Shown here one piece after another: positions 10,491 through 18,941 of a stretch of 64,000 nucleotides of DNA. The notes under the pieces are model-generated. The model searched no databases, was not told where the DNA came from, and was given only the letters and a program-made list of their open reading frames with translations. Numbering within the stretch: position 1 is the first letter of the stretch; each line of letters opens with the position of its first letter. Made by a program: the position numbers and the translations under genes. This stretch comes from Candidatus Latescibacterota bacterium (GTDB lineage: Bacteria > Latescibacterota > UBA2968), in the NCBI GenBank assembly GCA_965116885.1, contig OZ220741.1, positions 1,376,001 through 1,440,000 on the forward strand, given 5' to 3'.

Positions 10491-11024
10491 TCAGTCCTTA
10501 TCTCGATCCATAACGTTCTGTAACTTTGACGGGATGGAGCCGCCTACGAGCAGATAGATTCCCAGGCCCAGATAGATTATAGCGGCGATTCCTTCTGACC
10601 AGGTATGCAGGAGTACAACTGGACTATGCTGGGGTGCAAGTATAGATTTTTGATACGATGCAACAATTTTGATTCCCTCACTGATCACTTTGGGCACACC
10701 TGTGAACACCATATAGACCCCGATGAGGCGCATGCCCACGTTGTAAAGTACCTGGGACCAGTCATGGTCGGGTGAAATTGCAATATCCCGTTCAACAGGG
10801 TCTAATTTTTGTGCAATTGCGTCGGCGTATTTCAAGAATATATAAGCGAAGATGAGATAGAGAAACGGCAGCGCAAAGTATCCATAAATTACACCTGCTA
10901 ACGTATCGGTCTGGATCATCATAATTCCTTGGGGTATGATTCCAAGCGTACTCACTGCACCTACCAGATACATCAATCCAAAAATTTTGCAGGCGACTTT
11001 AATGAGCGCGTGTGAATGGATCAT
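10491..11024 (-). CDS. Hypothetical membrane protein (about 4 TM, two similar halves)
   Basis: Hydrophobic helices; GGAG SD before MIHSH. Confidence 0.7.
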   Translation of the reverse strand: MIHSHALIKVACKIFGLMYLVGAVSTLGIIPQGIMMIQTDTLAGVIYGYFALPFLYLIFAYIFLKYADAIAQKLDPVERDIAISPDHDWSQVLYNVGMRLIGVYMVFTGVPKVISEGIKIVASYQKSILAPQHSPVVLLHTWSEGIAAIIYLGLGIYLLVGGSIPSKLQNVMDRDKD

Positions 11025-11060
11025 GGATAGTCTCCGTTCTGTGGTTTCATGTGCGTGTGG

Positions 11061-11118
11061 CTGGATCGCGGCTAAAAGCATGCCGCGATGACGGGCGGGC
11101 ACAGGGACCGTCCCCTAC
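11061..11118. repeat. 34-bp palindromic element fused to a GTAG REP
   Basis: CTGGATCGCGGC-TAAAAGCAT-GCCGCGATGACGG (second copy at 39390-39423) followed by GGGCGGGCACAGGGACCGTCCCCTAC. Confidence 0.8.
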
Positions 11119-11281
11119 TTCCCACTTCTCTTGTATTTAACCTTTTATCACTTGACTTTCTTATGCCTGATTATCTGTGGTTTTTTTTGCATTTGCTTTT
11201 CATCCTGTTCATCCTTTAATCTTGCACATCCTGATTCTGACGATGGTTGCTTTTCCCTTCTCACTTCCTACTTCACACTTC

Positions 11282-12304
11282 TCATGGTGTCGGTGCGTCT
11301 TCTCGCAGCAAGCCCTCGGCTTTTAATTCTGCCCAGAGGTCTGAGGGTATGGGGTGCTGGTAGTTTTTGATGTTTGCATGGATGTATTCGGGTTTGAGGG
11401 CGCCGGGGATGATGGCGGCGACGCTGGGGTGTGCGAGTGGGAACTGGATGGCTGCTGCGGGGAGCGGTACGTTGTGTGCATTGCATATTGTTTCTATTTT
11501 TCGGGTTTTTTCAAGGATTTCTGAGGTTGCGGTGTCGTAGGCGTATAATGCGCCTTTCACTGGTCCTGTGGCGAGGATGCCCGAGGCAAATACAGAGCCG
11601 ATGACGATGTCGGCGCCGTGTTCGGCGCATTTTGGAAATTCTTCGTCCAATGGGTCCTGGTCAAGGAGGGTATAGGGCATGGCGACGATGAAGAAGTCGA
11701 TATCGACCATGTCCAGGAATCGAGGGATGAGTCCCAGCATGTTGAGTCCCACGCCAATGCCTTTGATTTGTCCGCTCGAGCGCAGTTCGTCAAGGGCGCG
11801 CCAGCCGCTTGTGTAGATTTGGGCAAGGGTGGCGGTTACCATGTCTTCGGAGGTGTGAAAGAAGTAGTCGGGGTCGTGTATGAGGAGGAGTTCTACGGCG
11901 TGCAAGCTCAGTCGCTGGAGGCTGTCTTCATAAGATCGCATGATGCCGTCGTAGCTGTAGTCGAAGGCGTATTCAAAGGGCAGGCCGCCGATCCACATGT
12001 CTTTGTCAAATGTTTTGAGGTCGCGGGTGGCTTTTAATACGCGTCCGACTTTGGTGGAGATGGCAAATTCTTCTCTGTTCTGTTGTCGCAGAAAATGACC
12101 GAGGCGGTGTTCGCTTTTGCCATAGCCGTAATAGGGGGCTGTGTCGAAGTATCGGATGCCCGCATCCCATGCGGCTTGTAATGTGTTTTGCGCCTGTGTT
12201 TCGCTTACGAGTTCGAATAGATCACCTATGGGCGCGCCGCCCATGCCCATTTCGGTTACTTCGAGGTCTGTTTGCCCAACGGTTCGCGTTTTGATTGTGT
12301 TCAT
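11282..12304 (-). CDS. Aldo/keto reductase (sugar dehydrogenase-like)
   Basis: FDTAPYYGYG, STKVGR, DYSYDG, LLIHDPD. Confidence 0.92.
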   Translation of the reverse strand: MNTIKTRTVGQTDLEVTEMGMGGAPIGDLFELVSETQAQNTLQAAWDAGIRYFDTAPYYGYGKSEHRLGHFLRQQNREEFAISTKVGRVLKATRDLKTFDKDMWIGGLPFEYAFDYSYDGIMRSYEDSLQRLSLHAVELLLIHDPDYFFHTSEDMVTATLAQIYTSGWRALDELRSSGQIKGIGVGLNMLGLIPRFLDMVDIDFFIVAMPYTLLDQDPLDEEFPKCAEHGADIVIGSVFASGILATGPVKGALYAYDTATSEILEKTRKIETICNAHNVPLPAAAIQFPLAHPSVAAIIPGALKPEYIHANIKNYQHPIPSDLWAELKAEGLLREDAPTP

Positions 12305-12321
12305 GAGATTTCTCCCGAGCG

Positions 12322-13743
12322 TTAAACTGTGGGTAATGGCGCGTCATCGCCTGTTTCGCGTTGCCAGAGGCGGATTTTTGCCGCCATTTTGCGTATGCGG
12401 TCTCTGTGTACAGGTTCGTCGAACAGGTTTGTGAGTTCATGGGGGTCGCTGTTCAGGTCGAATAATTCGCATTGGTCGCCCGCGCACAGGTTGAGTTTCC
12501 ATCGGTCGGCTGTTACGATTGCGCGCCAGGGGAGGGTGGCGATTAAGTTGATCTGCGGTGAACCGAGGTTGCGATCTCCCAATCCGTTCCACTGGATGAA
12601 GACGTCATTATCGTCGAGTGTTTCTCTGCCTTCGAGGACAGGTACCCGGCTGGTGCCTTGCAGGTGTTCGGGCACGGGTTGTCCCATGAGGTCTAATAAG
12701 GTGGGGACGAGGTCGATATGGCCGATGTTGCCGGGGATCATTCGGTGTTCGCGCCCGAGATGGGGTATCCGCATCATGAGGGGGACTTTGGCAGAGGGTT
12801 CGTAGAATGCGCGTTTTTCCCGCATGCCCTGGTCGCCTGCCATTTCGCCGTGGTCAGAGCTGAATACGACTATGGTGTTGTCGGCGTGGCCGGATTTTTC
12901 AAGGGCGTTCATCAGTTTGCTCAATGCCCGATCTACGAGTGTGACGGTGCCGTAGTATTCGGCGCGGAATTTTCGGAGTTTTGCTTCTGCGGCGCGTTGT
13001 TCTTCGGGGGTTGCGTCGGGTTGTATATTGCGTTCTGCCCTCAGTCTGTTAAATAGCGATGCGCCCTCAGGATAGCGCGTGAATGCGGGACCTACGGGCA
13101 TTTTGTTGGGGTCGTGTACATGTTTCATCGGTCCGGAGACGGGTGGGTGTGGTTCGAAGCAGTGGACCTGTAGCATGAAGGGTTTGTCTCGCTCTGCCAT
13201 CAAAAAGCGGGTGGCTTCGTCGCATAAAAAGGATACCATGGAGAGGTGTTCGGGCAAGTCTGCGCGCAGTTGTCCGGAGAATACGCGGTGTCCGGCTTCT
13301 GTTGTTTTGTCTGGTTCGATTCCATTTTCCAATAGGAACTGGTGATAGGGTGTGTCCGGGTGGTCGATGACCCAGGGCAGTTCAGCGACGGGTAGCCATT
13401 CGTCAAATCCGTGTTGTCGCGTTGTTTCTTTGCCCAGGTGCCATTTGCCGTAGTAGGCTTTGTGGTAGGTGTCTGATGTCATTTCTGCGATGGATTTGAT
13501 TTCTGGATCGAGCAGGATGTTGTTTTTGACCATTCTGGCGGCGTGTGGATATAGTCCCGTTACGAGGGTTGCGCGCGAGGGCGTGCATACAGGTTGCGTG
13601 CAATAGGGGTTTTCAAAGACAAAGCTTTCGCTGGCGAGGGCGTTCATGTTCGATGCCTGGATCCAGTCGTTGCCGTAACACGCCATGGTGTCGGAGCGCT
13701 GTTGATCGGTGATGAAGAGCAGAATGTTGGGATGACGTTGCAT
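12322..13743 (-). CDS. Sulfatase
   Basis: PNILLFITDQQR, CTPSR FGly motif, GKWHL, SDHGE. Confidence 0.95.
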   Translation of the reverse strand: MQRHPNILLFITDQQRSDTMACYGNDWIQASNMNALASESFVFENPYCTQPVCTPSRATLVTGLYPHAARMVKNNILLDPEIKSIAEMTSDTYHKAYYGKWHLGKETTRQHGFDEWLPVAELPWVIDHPDTPYHQFLLENGIEPDKTTEAGHRVFSGQLRADLPEHLSMVSFLCDEATRFLMAERDKPFMLQVHCFEPHPPVSGPMKHVHDPNKMPVGPAFTRYPEGASLFNRLRAERNIQPDATPEEQRAAEAKLRKFRAEYYGTVTLVDRALSKLMNALEKSGHADNTIVVFSSDHGEMAGDQGMREKRAFYEPSAKVPLMMRIPHLGREHRMIPGNIGHIDLVPTLLDLMGQPVPEHLQGTSRVPVLEGRETLDDNDVFIQWNGLGDRNLGSPQINLIATLPWRAIVTADRWKLNLCAGDQCELFDLNSDPHELTNLFDEPVHRDRIRKMAAKIRLWQRETGDDAPLPTV

Positions 13744-13853
13744 GTGAGCCTTTCTGTCTTGATGCTGAAGGATGGCAGGAACAATCAAGGGGAAATATCT
13801 GTCAAATTGGGTGAAAAACAAGTTGAAAATCACTCTACTAAGGAGGAATTTCT

Positions 13854-15155
13854 ATGGTTGGTCGAATTGTTCGCATGGTTTGTATTGTCGCGCTTGTTCC
13901 ACTATGTGTTGATGCAGATAACTGGCCGCAGTGGCGCGGTCCGCAGCAAGATGGGGTTAGTACGGCAAAGAATTTGCCCGCGTCTTGGAGTCTTGAAGAG
14001 AATATTATCTGGAAGGCTGAGTTGCCTTCGTGGAGCGGGAGTACGCCCGTTATCTGGGGTGATCGCATTTTTTTAACTTCGCCGTCGCCTGCACAGAGGC
14101 CAGAGGAACAGCAACCGGGGGGACCGGAGATTTTTATTTTGTGTTTGTCGAAGAAAGATGGGCGTGAACTCTGGCGGTATAAGTTGGATGAGGGCAATGT
14201 GTTGCGGCGCAAGCATAATACTACGTCGCCTTCGCCTGTTACGGATGGCGCGCATGTGTGGGCGGTTACGGGCAATGGGGTTGTGACGTGTCTGGATATG
14301 GATGGGAAAGTAATCTGGTCGCGCGATCTCCAAAAAGATTACGGCGACTTTGGTCTGCTTTTCGGATATGCGTCTTCGCCGATTCTGTACGATGGCAAGC
14401 TCATTCTTCAGGTGCTTCACGGGATGCGTACGGATGATCCTTCGTATGTCGTGGCATTGGACGCGGGTAATGGGAAGGAGGTCTGGCGAGAGGAGCGCCC
14501 GACAGATGCTATTCGGGAGTCTCCCGATTCGTACACGACGCCCACGCTGTTGAAGCGCGATGGCAAGACTCAGATTGTTATTACGGGTGGGGATTGTGTG
14601 ACGGGTCACGATCCGGATACGGGGCGCGAGGTCTGGCGGGCAAATGGATTGAATCCCGGTCGGAGGGGCAATTATCGGATTGTGGCGTCTCCTGTGGTGG
14701 TCGGCGATATGATTTATGCGCCGACCCGGCAACGGCCCTTGCTGGCACTGGCTGCTGGTGGTACGGGCGATATTTCCGACAATGTGGTGTGGAAGTGGGA
14801 GGGGGCTGCTGCGCCGGATGTACCTACGCCGACGAGTGATGGGAAGTATTTTTATATGGTTGATGATCGCGGGCGGGCAATGTGTCTGGACGCGAAGACC
14901 GGGGCTGTGGTGTGGGGTCCTGAGCGGACGGCACAGGGGATTGTGAGCGCGTCCCCCCATCTGGCGGATGGGAAATTGTTTTTGCTGAATGAAGATGCCG
15001 TGACGACTGTTCTGGCCGCTGGTCCAAAGTTTGAGGTTTTGGGTACGAATGAACTGGATGGTACGTACACGCTGTCGTCACCCGTGTCCTCCGGATCACA
15101 GCTTTTTATTCGGACGGCGACGCATTTGTATTGTATTGGGTATAGTGGGGAGTAA
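13854..15155 (+). CDS. Exported PQQ-binding-like (BamB-like) beta-propeller protein
   Basis: Signal peptide, NWPQWRGP, repeated ALDxxTGxxxW and SSP blade motifs. Confidence 0.9.
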   Translation: MVGRIVRMVCIVALVPLCVDADNWPQWRGPQQDGVSTAKNLPASWSLEENIIWKAELPSWSGSTPVIWGDRIFLTSPSPAQRPEEQQPGGPEIFILCLSKKDGRELWRYKLDEGNVLRRKHNTTSPSPVTDGAHVWAVTGNGVVTCLDMDGKVIWSRDLQKDYGDFGLLFGYASSPILYDGKLILQVLHGMRTDDPSYVVALDAGNGKEVWREERPTDAIRESPDSYTTPTLLKRDGKTQIVITGGDCVTGHDPDTGREVWRANGLNPGRRGNYRIVASPVVVGDMIYAPTRQRPLLALAAGGTGDISDNVVWKWEGAAAPDVPTPTSDGKYFYMVDDRGRAMCLDAKTGAVVWGPERTAQGIVSASPHLADGKLFLLNEDAVTTVLAAGPKFEVLGTNELDGTYTLSSPVSSGSQLFIRTATHLYCIGYSGE

Positions 15156-15176
15156 AACGGAGTCAGTTCAAAAGAG

Positions 15177-15209
15177 AACGCCCCAGCATCGTTGTGCCGG
15201 GGCGTTTTT
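15177..15209 (+). terminator. Intrinsic terminator-like hairpin
   Basis: AACGCCCC...GGGGCGTTTTT after the propeller gene. Confidence 0.6.
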
Positions 15210-15226
15210 CGCGTCAGGTATGTCCA

Positions 15227-15679
15227 ATGTCCAATTATTCACAAATTGAATTGGAAAACTTCATGACCGCCGCGCTCGTGGAAGGTAGAAAAGCGCTTCC
15301 CGAGTGTTTGCCCAATCCACCGGTTGGATGCGTGCTTGTGCGAGAAGGCAAAATTATCGCCCGGGGATATACCAATCCGCCGGGACAATTTCACGCAGAG
15401 GCGATGGCGCTCGCACAAGTGGCGGGTTCACTGGAGGATGTTACGGCATTTGTCACTCTGGAGCCGTGTTCTTTTCACGGGCGCACGCCTTCGTGTGCGC
15501 AGACACTTGTTCAGAGAAAAGTCCGGGATGTTTTTGTCGCACTCATCGATCCGCACCCCAAAAATCGCGGGCGCGGTATTCAAATTCTCAAAGATGCGGA
15601 TATTTCCGTGCAGGTCGGTCTGTTAGAGGAAGAGGCAGAGAAAGACCTGGGTTTTTATTTGTGTAAAAATACCACTTGA
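15227..15679 (+). CDS. Stand-alone RibD-type diaminohydroxyphosphoribosylaminopyrimidine deaminase domain
   Basis: PNPPVGCVLV, HAE, TLEPCSFHGRTPSC, DPHP; no reductase domain. Confidence 0.88.
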   Translation: MSNYSQIELENFMTAALVEGRKALPECLPNPPVGCVLVREGKIIARGYTNPPGQFHAEAMALAQVAGSLEDVTAFVTLEPCSFHGRTPSCAQTLVQRKVRDVFVALIDPHPKNRGRGIQILKDADISVQVGLLEEEAEKDLGFYLCKNTT

Positions 15680-15695
15680 AATCATAGCGGTCAGC

Positions 15696-15786
15696 GGGCA
15701 ACTACAGGGGACGCAGGACAACCCCCTGTGGTTGTCCCTACAACAAACCACAACATCATTGTAGGGGACGGCCCCTGTGCCGTCCC
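15696..15786. repeat. GTAG-type REP cluster
   Basis: AGGACAACCCCCTGTGGTTGTCCCTAC ... GTAGGGGACGGCCCCTGTGCCGTCCC. Confidence 0.85.
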
Positions 15787-15807
15787 ATTATTCCCACAGG
15801 AGACACT

Positions 15808-16635
15808 ATGAACAACTGGATGGATATTTATGAAAAACGAAGCTACGGCAGTATGCCCTATCGCCTGCTCAGGCCCATTGACATTGCAGACCATCCCGAC
15901 AAAGCGTATCCCCTTATCTTTAGCTTGCACGGTGCAGGGGGCAAAGGCACAGATAATATCAAAAACCTGCGCCACTGGAACGAATTACCATTGGCAGATG
16001 AAACACATCGCCGCAAATATCCCTGTTTTGTCCTTGCACCTCAAACGCCCCTGCGCTGGTTGATGCCCAATTCCATGCCCGAGGTCACACAGGAATATAT
16101 CGACTCGCTCTCCGGTATCTGGCAGGCGCGCGTTAAGCGGTTGCTGGATCGGGGTGATGATCTCTCAGTCGGCGACCTGGGCAGAGCCTTTGATCTGCTG
16201 GACACGATATGCGATGAGTTTCCAATTGATCAGGACCGCATCTATGTGCTGGGGCATTCAATGGGTGGATTTGGTACATGGAACGCCGTTTGCGCACAAC
16301 CCAACCGTTTCGCCGCTGCGATTCCCTCTGCTGGCGGATGCGAGCCGTGGAATGACATCAGCCGCATTGTAGAAATTCCCATCTGGACATTTCACGGCGA
16401 TGCCGATGCAGTCGTACCCGTTGATTTAACCCGGGACGCTTTTCGGCAGTTAGACGCGCTGAATGCCAATGCCAAATATACGGAATTAAAAGACGTGGGA
16501 CACAATGCCAGTGCCTATGGATTCGCGTACACAGGCGATGATCCACAACGCGGATTTATCACGCACTTTGCCGGCGACAAGTGCGACAAAACCGAAGATG
16601 TATGGGACTGGCTATTTGCACAAAAGCGCGGGTGA
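15808..16635 (+). CDS. Alpha/beta hydrolase (predicted esterase/peptidase)
   Basis: YPLIFSLHGAG, GHSMGG nucleophile elbow, FHGDAD..VP, VGH. Confidence 0.88.
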   Translation: MNNWMDIYEKRSYGSMPYRLLRPIDIADHPDKAYPLIFSLHGAGGKGTDNIKNLRHWNELPLADETHRRKYPCFVLAPQTPLRWLMPNSMPEVTQEYIDSLSGIWQARVKRLLDRGDDLSVGDLGRAFDLLDTICDEFPIDQDRIYVLGHSMGGFGTWNAVCAQPNRFAAAIPSAGGCEPWNDISRIVEIPIWTFHGDADAVVPVDLTRDAFRQLDALNANAKYTELKDVGHNASAYGFAYTGDDPQRGFITHFAGDKCDKTEDVWDWLFAQKRG

Positions 16636-16642
16636 TAGGAAG

Positions 16643-16690
16643 TGTGATCCGCAGAAAAAACGCGAGTAATTTGAGCGTTTTACGCAGATG
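16643..16690. repeat. CGCAGAT-family interspersed repeat with internal hairpin
   Basis: TGTGATCCGCAGAAAAAACGCGAGTAATTTGAGCGTTTTACGCAGATG; near-identical to 23950-23998. Confidence 0.8.
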
Positions 16691-16738
16691 AAAAAGAGGG
16701 CTGTGAAATGGGACGAGGCAATGGGGTATTCTCCCTTC

Positions 16739-18004
16739 TTAAATCACCGTACCCGCGTGAATAATAGCGTCTTTGGTGATGACGACAATGCCGTCGCGGA
16801 TGGCGTAGGCGTCGTGTTCTGCTTCGCGGATGTTTTTTGCGTTTTGGATGGTGACGTTTTCCCCAATGCGCGCGTTTTTGTCGATGATTGCGTTGTCGAT
16901 TACGCATCCCGAACCGATGCCGATGTTTGGGATGCCTTTTTGTTTGTTGCGTTTTCTGTCTTCGGGGGTTTCGTAAAAGTCAGCGCCCATCATGACGGTG
17001 TTGGTGAGTTTGACGCGAGGACCAACGATACTGCGTATGCCGATGACGGCGTGTTCAATTTCTGCGTCTTGGATGTCGGAGCCGTCGCCGATTTTGCATT
17101 GTTTGAGGTGGCATCCATCCAATTTGGCCGCGGCGAGGTAGCGCGGGTGGGTGTAGATGGGGGCGCCGGGTTGATAAAAGGTGAAGGGGGGTGCTGGGGT
17201 TGTGAGTGCGAGGTTGGCTTCGTAGAAGGCGCGGATGGTGCCGATGTCTTCCCAGTATCCTTCGAATCGGTGGGCATAGACGTTGTGGGTGTGAATGGCG
17301 GCAGGGATGATGTGTTTGCCAAAGTCGTCGCCGGTGTTTTCTGCGAGGAGCGTTCTCAGTTTGTCTTTTTCAAAGACGTAGATGCCCATTGAGGCCATGT
17401 ACGCTTCGTCGGGGTTATTGCCGGGTGCGGGGTCGAGTTTGAGGTCGTCCAGTTCGGCGTCGGTTTGCGGTTTTTCTACGAAGTCGATGATGCGCCCGGT
17501 GTCATCGACTTTGAGGATGCCGAGGTCGGGCGCAATTTCTCGCGTGACGGGTTTGACGGCGATGGTGAGGTCTGCGCCTTTGTCGCGGTGTTCCGCGACA
17601 AAGGCCCGGTAGTTCATGCGGTAGAGGTGGTCGCCGGAGAGGATGAGGTATTGGTCCATCTGGTAGGAGATGAAGTGGTGGAGGTGCTGGCGAACCGCGT
17701 CGGCTGTGCCCTGATACCAGTCGAGGCGGTCTTCGGTTTGTTCGGCGGCGAGGATTTCGACAAAGCCGTTTGAAAAGGCGTCGAAGCGATAGGTTTGGGC
17801 GATGTGGCGGTTGAGAGAGGCGGAGTTGAATTGGGTGAGTGCGTAGATGCGTGTGAGTCCCGAGTGCAGGCAGTTGCTGATGGGTATGTCGATGAGGCGA
17901 TATTTGCCGCCGATAGGGACTGCGGGTTTGGAGCGGTATTTGGTCAGAGGATAGAGACGCGACCCCGCGCCGCCGCCTAAGATGATGCCGATAACGGATT
18001 CCAT
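16739..18004 (-). CDS. glgC: Glucose-1-phosphate adenylyltransferase
   Basis: GGGAGSRLYPLT, SKPAVPIGGKYRLIDI, WYQGTADAV, LSGDHLY, FVEKP, YWEDIGT. Confidence 0.97.
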   Translation of the reverse strand: MESVIGIILGGGAGSRLYPLTKYRSKPAVPIGGKYRLIDIPISNCLHSGLTRIYALTQFNSASLNRHIAQTYRFDAFSNGFVEILAAEQTEDRLDWYQGTADAVRQHLHHFISYQMDQYLILSGDHLYRMNYRAFVAEHRDKGADLTIAVKPVTREIAPDLGILKVDDTGRIIDFVEKPQTDAELDDLKLDPAPGNNPDEAYMASMGIYVFEKDKLRTLLAENTGDDFGKHIIPAAIHTHNVYAHRFEGYWEDIGTIRAFYEANLALTTPAPPFTFYQPGAPIYTHPRYLAAAKLDGCHLKQCKIGDGSDIQDAEIEHAVIGIRSIVGPRVKLTNTVMMGADFYETPEDRKRNKQKGIPNIGIGSGCVIDNAIIDKNARIGENVTIQNAKNIREAEHDAYAIRDGIVVITKDAIIHAGTVI

Positions 18005-18103
18005 GGAAAACCTCCTTGTGTTTTGGGAGAGAGTGCTATAACATGATAAATATAGGTGTGCAGGTCAAATTGGTCGGTAGATTCATTGAAAGGAGAAATG
18101 AGT

Positions 18104-18907
18104 ATGGATCTCGAAGTCGGTATTGCCGGATGGGTGCTCAGCGGTGAAATTTTGCGGGAGGAGTCGCTGACTTTGCTGGAGTTTCCCGAAGTGTGTGCCG
18201 CGCATGGTGTGGAGACGGTGGAGTTGTGTTCGCGGTTTTTTGCGTCTCAGGATGCGAGGTATTTGAATGAGCTTCGGAATCGGTTGGCGGATAATGGACT
18301 TTCGGTGCGCAATATCGCGGTGGATATGGGCAATATTGCAGGTGCGGATGAGGCTGTGCGCCGCACGGATTTGGAGGCGTTGAAGCAGTGGTTTTACACG
18401 GCGTCGGCTGTGGGTTCTGAGGCGATACGGATTAATACGGGGCACGCGGATGACGACGGGGCGATGAGCCGGGTGATTGAGGGGTACCGGGAGTTGGTGG
18501 CTGTGGGCGAGCAGGCGGGGGTGAAGTTGCTGGTGGAGAATCACGGGGGTGTGTCGTCGTCTTCTGAGAATTTGCAGCGGATTCTGGATGGGGTGGATTC
18601 CGATTGGTTTGGTACGTGTCCAGATACGGCAAATTTTCCCGATGGCGATTGGGAGGCGGGGATGCGCGTGCTGGCACCGCGCGCGTTTTCGTGCCATGTG
18701 AAGGTGTTTAATTACAGTGACGATGGGGTGCAGGCGTGGGAGCGAGATGGCAAAGCGATGGGGTATGATTTGAAGACGTGTTTGGAAATTTTAAATGCGG
18801 CAGATTACGCTGGTCCGCTGTGTGTGGAGAAGGGTGCGTCGGATACGACAGAGGCGAGTATCCGCGATACGTTGAGTTATTTGAAAGAGTTGCAGGCGAC
18901 GGTGTGA
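18104..18907 (+). CDS. Sugar phosphate isomerase/epimerase (xylose isomerase-like TIM barrel)
   Basis: LLVENHGG, CPDTANF, CHVK, LCVE; AGGAG SD. Confidence 0.88.
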   Translation: MDLEVGIAGWVLSGEILREESLTLLEFPEVCAAHGVETVELCSRFFASQDARYLNELRNRLADNGLSVRNIAVDMGNIAGADEAVRRTDLEALKQWFYTASAVGSEAIRINTGHADDDGAMSRVIEGYRELVAVGEQAGVKLLVENHGGVSSSSENLQRILDGVDSDWFGTCPDTANFPDGDWEAGMRVLAPRAFSCHVKVFNYSDDGVQAWERDGKAMGYDLKTCLEILNAADYAGPLCVEKGASDTTEASIRDTLSYLKELQATV

Positions 18908-18941
18908 GTAGTTTTACATCTTGATTGATCGGGAGAACACC

